In this document: positions 1 through 5,404 of the stretch, piece by piece
Numbering within the stretch: the stretch's first letter is position 1
How the letters are laid out: every line of letters begins with the position of its first letter
Origin: Nanobdellota archaeon
GTDB lineage: Archaea > Nanobdellota > Nanobdellia > SCGC-AAA011-G17 > VGLX01
Direction: 5' to 3'
NCBI GenBank assembly: GCA_030691925.1
Contig: JAUYDG010000118.1
Location: 1-9,853 of the forward strand
DNA length: 9,853 nt
The notes under the pieces: generated by a model
Databases searched by the model: none
Told to the model about the DNA's origin: nothing
The model's input: the letters and a program-made list of their open reading frames with translations, nothing else
Made by a program: the position numbers and the translations under genes

Positions 1-495
1 GATCTCCCCGTCTTCCATGGATTCTCCGGTGTCATTTCTTACGCTGCCCTTCACTATCACCTTGCCACCTTTCATGCAGCGCCCTGTAGCGTTTCTAGTG
101 TCCCCTTCTATTATCACCGTCCCTTTTCTAAGGTACATGCCTAAACCTGTCAGCAGCCCGTTTGGCGATAGCACTACCTCGTCTTTTTTCCTGATTTTCC
201 TGTTGATAACTGCTGAGAGGTATATGCCTAAAGTTTCATCTTCTCCAGGCCCTATCCTTTTGCTCAGCTCTTCCACGTCTTTTAGCGTGTAGCTTAATCC
301 CTTTGTCAGCCTTAGCGCTTTTTTATAATTCGAGTCGTAATCTTCAACTTTTCCTTTTAAGAACTCTTTGCTGTAAGCTGCTAAGCTTCCTACTGCCAAG
401 GTATTATAACCATGTACGGACTCGCTTTCTTGAAGAAGGGCTTCTATCTTCTGGTCTAGGTTCTTTTCTGTAACGAATGTGAGTGGTATTTTCAT
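1..495 (-). CDS. Hypothetical protein, N-terminal 165 codons (its 3' end runs off the left edge). The distal part shows GXGXG-type beta-helix repeats, as in FwdC and the glutamate synthase C-terminal domain.
   Basis: It is absent from the supplied track because there is no stop codon in the window. Hand translation of the reverse strand from the ATG at 495-493 is open for all 165 codons down to position 1: MKIPLTFVTEKNLDQKIEALLQESESVHGYNTLAVGSLAAYSKEFLKGKVEDYDSNYKK...GMYLRKGTVIIEGDTRNATGRCMKGGKVIVKGSVRNDTGESMEDGEI. The periodicity G-x-V/I-x-V/I-x-G ... G-x-x-M-x-x-G repeats. The 91-aa plus-strand ORF 17..292 is its antisense shadow. Confidence 0.6.
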   Translation of the reverse strand, partial: MKIPLTFVTEKNLDQKIEALLQESESVHGYNTLAVGSLAAYSKEFLKGKVEDYDSNYKKALRLTKGLSYTLKDVEELSKRIGPGEDETLGIYLSAVINRKIRKKDEVVLSPNGLLTGLGMYLRKGTVIIEGDTRNATGRCMKGGKVIVKGSVRNDTGESMEDGEI

Positions 496-521
496 CCTGC
501 AACGTGGGATGGTGCATTGTT

Positions 522-529
522 TTTTAAAA
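522..529 (-). promoter_or_regulatory. TATA-like box (TTTTAAAA on the minus strand) for the CDS starting at 495
   Basis: The AT-rich 8-mer is centred about 30 nt upstream of the ATG at 495, which would give a 5' leader of only a few nt. Confidence 0.35.
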
Positions 530-565
530 CTTGCTTTTTAGGGTGAGCCTTTACCCTGGTAATTG

Positions 566-570
566 AAAAA
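566..570 (-). terminator. Oligo-T run (T5 on the minus strand), a candidate archaeal terminator for the 1939..694 transcription unit
   Basis: It is the first run of five or more T on the minus strand after the stop at 694-696. Archaeal termination typically uses oligo-T tracts. Confidence 0.25.
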
Positions 571-645
571 GATGTTAAGGTGTCATGGAATAAGGCCGGG
601 TGCATGAGTCTTTGGATGCGGTCATAATATTTTTTCTGCTGCACG

Positions 646-683
646 AGATATAAGCTCTTTTAATATTCTTAGAAATAAGCTCT
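646..683. repeat. Two copies of a 13-nt direct repeat (AGATATAAGCTCT / AGAAATAAGCTCT) offset by 25 nt
   Basis: Copies at 646-658 and 671-683 match at 12 of 13 positions by hand. They lie just downstream (minus sense) of the stop of CDS 694..1353. Significance is unknown. Confidence 0.4.
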
Positions 684-693
684 AGCTGTAATG

Positions 694-1353
694 TTACCCT
701 ATCATTCCTAATAGGTAGAATACTAGTCCGTCTGCCAGTTTTATCAGGTCGTCTTCTGTCTGTCCTTCTATTATCACGCATCCTTTTTCGTCTTTTATTG
801 CTGTCTCTTCCCCTAGTTGCAGCATTATTATTGCTGTGTCTTTTGTTGCGTCGCTGCAGGTTTTTATTATGCGCTCTTTGTCGCCTTCGTATTTGCTGGT
901 GAATGCGCTCTTCACCGGTATCTTGAATAGGTAAGAATTGTCCAGGAACTTGTCTATTTCCAGCGCAGCTATGGTTGTTTTTCCCATAAGCCTTTGATCA
1001 TTAGGGTCTATCACTACGTATGCCTCTTTTTTTGTTATTACGTCCTGTTTGACGTCAGGGTTTATTTTCAGGCCGTTCATCTCTGCCGGCTCGTGCCTAG
1101 TGTATACGTACTTCGGGTTTGGGTCGTTGTTGACGAATATTTTTATTCTGTAGGTTATCCCTCCGTCCTTTGTTGTCCCTATCTGCTGTACATCAAATGT
1201 TTCCACTCCATGCGCGTACTGGTATGTCCCGTGCTTTATCTTTTGGCTGAAGAATGCGAAGAATCCGAATGCCAGCAGTATTATTACCAGGCTGTAGACT
1301 ATGACCTTTATTTTTTTCTCTTCTTTTTTTGTTTCTTTCTGTTCTTCTTCCAT
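694..1353 (-). CDS. Single-pass (N-in signal-anchor) membrane protein of unknown function, paralog of 1355..1939
   Basis: The 219-aa ORF has a K/E-rich N-terminus (MEEEQKETKKEEKKIK), one hydrophobic helix (VIVYSLVIILLAFGFFAFF) and a soluble domain of about 180 aa. Its C-terminal module, IIKTCSDATKDTAIIMLQLGEETAIKDEKGCVIIEGQTEDDLIKLADGLVFYLLG, aligns with the neighbour. The start ATG lies 1 nt after the upstream gene's TAA. Confidence 0.8.
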   Translation of the reverse strand: MEEEQKETKKEEKKIKVIVYSLVIILLAFGFFAFFSQKIKHGTYQYAHGVETFDVQQIGTTKDGGITYRIKIFVNNDPNPKYVYTRHEPAEMNGLKINPDVKQDVITKKEAYVVIDPNDQRLMGKTTIAALEIDKFLDNSYLFKIPVKSAFTSKYEGDKERIIKTCSDATKDTAIIMLQLGEETAIKDEKGCVIIEGQTEDDLIKLADGLVFYLLGMIG

Positions 1354-1354
1354 C

Positions 1355-1939
1355 TTATATGCCTATCAGTGAGAAGTATATCTTGTCTGTGGCTTTTATC
1401 AGGTTTTCGCTTGCCCCTTCCATCGTTAGGCAGTTGGCTTTGTAGCTTATTTTTGTTTCTTCTGCTTTTTTGAATATTACCACTGCCTGTTCTTGCGTTG
1501 CGTCTTCGCAGGTTTTTATTGGTAATTCCTCGCATCCTGGCTTGTCTTCTGTGCATGCGTATGGTTTCAGCTCTGTTATGCCTATCTTTTTTTTGAAGTA
1601 GTCCATCGCTCTTGCGTTTGTTTTTATGTCGTCTGTGCTTATGTACATCTTTTGCGAGTAGCTCATCATCTGGACGTTTTCAGGTATTTCTATACTTTCC
1701 AGGTCTTCTGGGCTGTATGACAGGGTTATTTGCTGGTTGTCTTTGTATGCTACCCAGAACCCTTGTTCTGATTTTAGGAATTTCAAGCCATGATAGTCGT
1801 ATTTTTCCTCTTCTTCTTCATTCATGTTTAATGCGCTGGCTACCATTATGAGTATTATGAATCCCCCTATCATGTATGTTAGAGTCCTTTTTTTTGAGAA
1901 CAGAGGTTCTTTTTTTTCTTGTATTTTCTTTTTTTTCAT
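1355..1939 (-). CDS. Single-pass (N-in signal-anchor) membrane protein of unknown function, paralog of 694..1353
   Basis: The 194-aa ORF has a K-rich N-terminus (MKKKKIQEKKEP), a TM helix (YMIGGFIILIMVASAL) and an acidic linker (NEEEEE), followed by a soluble domain. Its C-terminal module is LPIKTCEDATQEQAVVIFKKAEETKISYKANCLTMEGASENLIKATDKIYFSLIG. It has four Cys against two in the paralog. Confidence 0.8.
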   Translation of the reverse strand: MKKKKIQEKKEPLFSKKRTLTYMIGGFIILIMVASALNMNEEEEEKYDYHGLKFLKSEQGFWVAYKDNQQITLSYSPEDLESIEIPENVQMMSYSQKMYISTDDIKTNARAMDYFKKKIGITELKPYACTEDKPGCEELPIKTCEDATQEQAVVIFKKAEETKISYKANCLTMEGASENLIKATDKIYFSLIGI

Positions 1940-1962
1940 ACCTTATACTTATTTGTTGCCTT

Positions 1963-1970
1963 TTTATAAA
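1963..1970 (-). promoter_or_regulatory. TATA box (TTTATAAA) for the 1939..694 two-gene unit
   Basis: The 8-mer is centred about 27 nt upstream of the ATG at 1939, which implies a leaderless transcript. It lies immediately next to the stop (1978-1980) of the upstream SpoIIM-like gene. Confidence 0.5.
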
Positions 1971-1977
1971 TTTATCT

Positions 1978-2859
1978 TTAGAACAATGCTGGTGTGATGT
2001 ACACTTCTACGAATGCCGCTAGGAATAGCACGCCTGTTGCCAGCAGTATGACATCCACAGAGTCCAGCAGCACGTGCTTGAACTGTTTTGTTCCCAGCTC
2101 GTGCCTTATCACTGCTACTGAGATTATGCCTCCTGCAAGGGCCCCCATGAAGTAGGCCAGTATTTCGAAGACGCCGTGTGTCATGTACCTGAATACTCCT
2201 ATTGAGAATATGCTGAAGTAGCCTATGCCTGTTACCGTGCTTAGGTTGGTTCTTACGAAGTTGCCTATCGCTGCTGATATGACGCTTGCGTTCCACGTCA
2301 GTATGAATATCGCTCCTGAGCCGTAGAAGAATGAGAAGAATATGCAGAACATCAGTACTTTCACGTTGTTTTCCAGTATCTTCCAGAACAGCTGGTCGCT
2401 AGTCAGTTCTCCGGTCAAATCTCTTATGGCTCCGATCCCTACAAATGACCCTATAGTCGCTGCTGAGCCGCTTATCTTGGCGTTGATCGCCGATATTGTT
2501 TGTATCTGTGTTGCGAACATCGTTTCTGTCATGTGCGCTGGGAGGAATACGTACCATAATGAGAAGCTTATGATGAATCCGAAGAAAAGGCATACTAGGA
2601 AGCATATCACTCTGCTGTGTTCTTTTAGCAGTATTACCTCTTTTTTGTGGTCTTCATTTTTTTCTTCCCTTCTTATCGCGTGGAATATCAATGGGACGCA
2701 TGCCAGTGATGTCAGGAACACCATTACAAGGCTTGATTGCTCGTAGAATATCCATAATCCAAGGAACATGGCTATTGTTGAGTAGAATATTCCTATGAAG
2801 AACATATCCCAGGGCTTTCTTTCTGCCGCCAGTGGTGTGATGAGTGATTCGAGTACCAT
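1978..2859 (-). CDS. SpoIIM-like (stage II sporulation protein M / former DUF95 family) polytopic membrane protein
   Basis: The 293-aa ORF has about six hydrophobic helices. The C-terminal segment, RYMTHGVFEILAYFMGALAGGIIS, resembles the conserved HG-x-x-E-I/L-x-A...AG motif of the SpoIIM family as I remember it. The family is common in archaea. Confidence 0.7.
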   Translation of the reverse strand: MVLESLITPLAAERKPWDMFFIGIFYSTIAMFLGLWIFYEQSSLVMVFLTSLACVPLIFHAIRREEKNEDHKKEVILLKEHSRVICFLVCLFFGFIISFSLWYVFLPAHMTETMFATQIQTISAINAKISGSAATIGSFVGIGAIRDLTGELTSDQLFWKILENNVKVLMFCIFFSFFYGSGAIFILTWNASVISAAIGNFVRTNLSTVTGIGYFSIFSIGVFRYMTHGVFEILAYFMGALAGGIISVAVIRHELGTKQFKHVLLDSVDVILLATGVLFLAAFVEVYITPALF

Positions 2860-2882
2860 ATTCTTGTTTTGGCATTAATGGG

Positions 2883-2890
2883 TATATATA
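2883..2890 (-). promoter_or_regulatory. TATA box (TATATATA, preceded by AAAAAC on the minus strand) for the SpoIIM-like gene
   Basis: It is centred about 27-28 nt upstream of the ATG at 2859, which implies a leaderless transcript. Confidence 0.55.
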
Positions 2891-2920
2891 GTTTTTGTCG
2901 GATTATTTTTTTGGTTTATC

Positions 2921-2926
2921 AAAAAA
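2921..2926 (-). terminator. Oligo-T run (T6 on the minus strand) 12 nt after the stop of the PagL-like gene
   Basis: The minus strand reads TAG GATTCACATAC TTTTTT GATAAACC AAAAAAA. This is a T6 tract typical of archaeal terminators. It could also pair weakly with the downstream A7. Confidence 0.3.
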
Positions 2927-2937
2927 GTATGTGAATC

Positions 2938-3609
2938 CTATGAAGCCCCTAGCGCGTTGATTCCTTCGTTTCTCTTTGCTAGGCTTGCGTTTGATATGTG
3001 GTGGAACATTAGTTCTCCGTCTATCGACAAGTTTTTGCTTATCAGGTAGCGTAGTCCTATGCTTCCTTGCGGTGTGAATTCTATCGCTTGGCCTATCGCT
3101 TGTTGTTTTTGGTCTTCGTGGGCGTTGGTGTACACCATTCCTGCTCCGAGTTGGAGGTAGGGTGAGAGTTTTGATTTTTCCGGCACTATGTTATATCTGA
3201 GCAGTAATGTTGCGCCGGTTAGGTAGTTTCCAAATCCTTTGTGTATGAGCGAGTTTGATATTTCGGATATGGCCTCTAGGTTGCCTCTTGGTAGTATGCT
3301 CAGCTTTGCGGGGTTGTTTATCATCCAGCCTAGTCTTAGGTTGGTTTGGGCGTAGTTGAACTGTGGTGTTTTTGGCCCTAGGCCGCATGGTGAGTATAAC
3401 AGTCCAGAAATGGTTTGTAGTGATATTCTGTCTTTTGTGAAGATCGTGTCTAGGTATGGTTTTTCTTTTTCTTGGTGGCTGATTGTTTCGACTTTTTTTG
3501 GTGTGTTTTCATGGTTTTTTTGTTCGTTGGCGTATGTTGGGCTGGAGAGCGCTAAGTAGCTTGCGAGTATTGTGCCTAAAAACCAGGATGCTTTTCTTAG
3601 TTTCTTCAT
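2938..3609 (-). CDS. Secreted beta-barrel protein resembling the lipid A 3-O-deacylase PagL / acyloxyacyl hydrolase family. Its 3' end is possibly frameshifted.
   Basis: The 223-aa ORF has a Sec-type signal peptide (MKKLRKASWFLGTILASYLALSSPTYA / NEQ). It has alternating-hydrophobic strands (NLRLGWMI, GATLLLRYNIV, SPYLQLGAGMVYT, GSIGLRYLIS, LSIDGELMFHH). The near-C-terminal HHISNASLAKRNEGIN lines up with the P. aeruginosa PagL catalytic segment HYSNAGLKQPNDGIE as I recall it. Confidence 0.6.
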   Translation of the reverse strand: MKKLRKASWFLGTILASYLALSSPTYANEQKNHENTPKKVETISHQEKEKPYLDTIFTKDRISLQTISGLLYSPCGLGPKTPQFNYAQTNLRLGWMINNPAKLSILPRGNLEAISEISNSLIHKGFGNYLTGATLLLRYNIVPEKSKLSPYLQLGAGMVYTNAHEDQKQQAIGQAIEFTPQGSIGLRYLISKNLSIDGELMFHHISNASLAKRNEGINALGAS

Positions 3610-3648
3610 TTTTTTATGCCTATTTGTGGTTTAGGATGTTAGGTTTAG

Positions 3649-3656
3649 TATATAAA
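3649..3656 (-). promoter_or_regulatory. TATA box (AAAG TTTATATA C on the minus strand) upstream of the PagL-like gene
   Basis: It is centred about 43 nt upstream of the ATG at 3609, which predicts a leader of about 17 nt. Among the predicted first genes here, this is the only one with a leader of this length. The 8-mer TTTATATA is identical to that of the e2b2 promoter. Confidence 0.45.
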
Positions 3657-3693
3657 CTTTACGATTTGTAGAAACTTAATAGTAGTAACAATT

Positions 3694-4071
3694 TTAGCTG
3701 GAAGATACAAGAATGACGCCCATTATTATTACGCCTATGCTCAGCCATCTCATCTTGCTTATCTCTTCTTTGAACGCCATTTTTGAGCCTATAGCGGCAA
3801 GTACATAGTTGAGGCTTACCATTGGATAGATGTAGCTGAGCTCTAAGCCGGATATTATCACTAGCCATAATAAGGTGCTGCACGCGAATAACATGACTCC
3901 GCAGATGACTGCCTTGTTGGTGAACATCTTCAAAAGAGTTCTGAAAAGGTTCCGCGCTCCTTTGGAGAAAAGGGTCACTTCTCCTACGTTGTTCATGCCT
4001 TTTTTGAGCAGTAGTTGCCCGGCCAGCCCTATCATGAGGCTTACGAAAAAGAGTATGAAGTAAATGTTCAT
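3694..4071 (-). CDS. Half-size DMT/EamA-type transporter subunit, ArnE/ArnF-like (putative polyprenyl-phosphate-sugar flippase subunit)
   Basis: The 125-aa ORF has four predicted TM helices. SLMIGLAGQLLLKKG and LLWLVIISGLELSYIYPMVSLNYVLAAIGSKMAFKEEISKMRWLSIGVIIMGVILV resemble E. coli ArnE as I recall it (SVAGQLCQKQA ... [44 protein letters not shown]). Its ATG overlaps the upstream stop as ATGA (4071-4068). A GAGG lies 7 nt upstream (4079-4082). Confidence 0.8.
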   Translation of the reverse strand: MNIYFILFFVSLMIGLAGQLLLKKGMNNVGEVTLFSKGARNLFRTLLKMFTNKAVICGVMLFACSTLLWLVIISGLELSYIYPMVSLNYVLAAIGSKMAFKEEISKMRWLSIGVIIMGVILVSSS

Positions 4072-4436
4072 TTTTTAGCCTCGCTTTTTGACATCAAGAA
4101 GACTCCGGAGCATATTATTAAAATCCCCGCCATCCTTATTATCGAGAGGTTTTCTTTGAAGAATGCCCATGCTGCTACTGCAGTGATGATGTAGCCTATG
4201 CTGATCATCGGATAAGCGTAACTTAAATCAGCCCTTGACAGCGCTGAGAGCCAAAATATTGAGCTTGCGCCTACAGCTAGCATGCCGACGAGAATAAACG
4301 GGTTCGTGAATATGTTGACGTAGCTTGTCACCAAATCACCGAACTGGAAAGTGGATTGTTGCAGACCGTATTTTACTATGAGGTTTCCAGCATTTATCAG
4401 TATTACCGAAGCTAAAATGTATTTGAATATTTTCAT
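4068..4436 (-). CDS. Half-size DMT/EamA-type transporter subunit, ArnE/ArnF-like, partner of 3694..4071
   Basis: The 122-aa ORF has four predicted TM helices. It carries the same core motif (LSRADLSYAYPMISIGYIITAVAAWAFFKENLSIIRMAGILIICSGVFLM). The 4-nt ATGA overlap with the next gene suggests a heterodimeric pair. Confidence 0.8.
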   Translation of the reverse strand: MKIFKYILASVILINAGNLIVKYGLQQSTFQFGDLVTSYVNIFTNPFILVGMLAVGASSIFWLSALSRADLSYAYPMISIGYIITAVAAWAFFKENLSIIRMAGILIICSGVFLMSKSEAKK

Positions 4437-4462
4437 CTCGTACAGCTCTTACGGCAATGTGC

Positions 4463-4470
4463 TTAAAAAA
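4463..4470 (-). promoter_or_regulatory. TATA-like box (TTTTTTAA on the minus strand) for the transporter pair
   Basis: It is centred about 30 nt upstream of the ATG at 4436, within the 81-nt divergent spacer 4437..4517. Confidence 0.4.
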
Positions 4471-4487
4471 CTTTTGGGTTGGAAAAC

Positions 4488-4495
4488 TTTATATA
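4488..4495 (+). promoter_or_regulatory. TATA box (TTTATATA) with a purine-rich BRE-like GGAAAAC upstream, promoter of the e2b2-rbcL unit
   Basis: It is centred about 26-27 nt upstream of the ATG at 4518, which implies a leaderless mRNA. There is no Shine-Dalgarno-like sequence between the box and the ATG. Confidence 0.6.
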
Positions 4496-4517
4496 GAAAT
4501 TTGAAGTTATCTTCTTT

Positions 4518-5348
4518 ATGAACTTTGGGCAGATATGCAGGGATATAAAATCTTTAAAGATTCAGGGTGCTACTAATGTTGCAAGAGCAGGTATCCAAGC
4601 CTTGAAGCTGAAACACGATCCGGCTTCTGTTAAGAAGATAATCAGCTTAAGGCCTACAGAGCCTGCGCTGAGAAATGCTATAAAATTCTCTTTGAAGGAT
4701 ATGAAGAACAATCCTGATAAGGTGTTGAGGCATTTTGATGAAGCCCAGAAAAAGATTGCTGAGATTGGCGCTAGGAAAATACCTGAGGACTCTATCGTCT
4801 TTACCCATTGCCATGCTTCTACTGTTACTGGCATTTTGAAAGAAGCGTTTAAGACTAAAAAGTTTGAGGTCTACTGCACAGAAACAAGGCCGATGTATCA
4901 GGGGAGAAGAACTGCTATAGAATTAGCTGCTGCAAAGATTCCTGTCACGATGTTCGTAGATTCTGCTGCCCGCTATGCTTTGAAAAAAGCGGATATAATG
5001 CTTATCGGCGCTGATGCTATTCTTTCCAGCGGCAAGATAGCTAATAAGATCGGCTCAGAGCTTTTCGCAGAGGTCGCCAGGAAGTATGATGTTCCTGTCC
5101 TTGTCTGCACTGACGCATGGAAGTTTGACCCTATGACTGTTTGGGGGTATGAGGAAGAGATGGAGAAGAGGGAGACGAAAGAGGTCTGGTCCAACCCTCC
5201 TAAAGGTGTTAAGATTAGCAATATTGCTTTTGAGCTTGTAAGTCCTGGGCTTGTCACAAGCATAATCTCCGAGCTCGGAGTTTACAGCGTTGAGAATTTC
5301 ATAATAGAGGTTAAGAAGAGCTATCCGTGGATGTTTGATGTTCCTTGA
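4518..5348 (+). CDS. e2b2: Ribose-1,5-bisphosphate isomerase (aIF-2B/e2b2 family)
   Basis: The 276-aa ORF carries eIF-2B-family signatures: IQGATNVARAG, VFTHCHASTV (the Cys corresponds to the catalytic Cys of the T. kodakarensis enzyme) and IGADAILSSGKIANKIGS (catalytic Asp). Its length matches short archaeal e2b2 proteins rather than the longer MtnA. It lies in the same transcription direction as form III RuBisCO, three genes upstream. Confidence 0.75.
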   Translation: MNFGQICRDIKSLKIQGATNVARAGIQALKLKHDPASVKKIISLRPTEPALRNAIKFSLKDMKNNPDKVLRHFDEAQKKIAEIGARKIPEDSIVFTHCHASTVTGILKEAFKTKKFEVYCTETRPMYQGRRTAIELAAAKIPVTMFVDSAARYALKKADIMLIGADAILSSGKIANKIGSELFAEVARKYDVPVLVCTDAWKFDPMTVWGYEEEMEKRETKEVWSNPPKGVKISNIAFELVSPGLVTSIISELGVYSVENFIIEVKKSYPWMFDVP

Positions 5349-5372
5349 TTCCAAGGAAAGAGGTGATTAGGG

Positions 5373-5391
5373 CGCTGTAACTTTTACAGCG
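5373..5391 (+). other. Perfect 8-bp inverted repeat (CGCTGTAA ctt TTACAGCG) in the e2b2 / ORF133 spacer, followed by a T-rich tract
   Basis: The arms at 5373-5380 and 5384-5391 are exact reverse complements, with a 3-nt loop. TCCTTATTTTATA follows. It could be a partial terminator, a processing site or an RNA-stability element. Confidence 0.3.
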
Positions 5392-5404
5392 TCCTTATTT
5401 TATA

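Noticed and set aside
994-1473. A 159-aa plus-strand ORF. Similar long ORFs occur at 17..292 (+), 1612..1851 (+), 2342..2746 (+), 3356..3671 (+), 3875..4063 (+), 8571..8771 (+) and 8784..9509 (+).
   Set aside because: All lie antisense to much better minus-strand genes. Their products are low-complexity F/L/S/C-rich strings, as expected from reading the complement of purine-rich coding strands. They have no motifs and no promoter geometry.
2906-2926. A T7 ... A6 inverted AT tract that might form a hairpin terminator between the PagL-like and SpoIIM-like genes.
   Set aside because: A stem made only of A-T pairs would be very weak. The minus-strand T6 run alone is a sufficient archaeal termination signal, so I annotated only the oligo-T.
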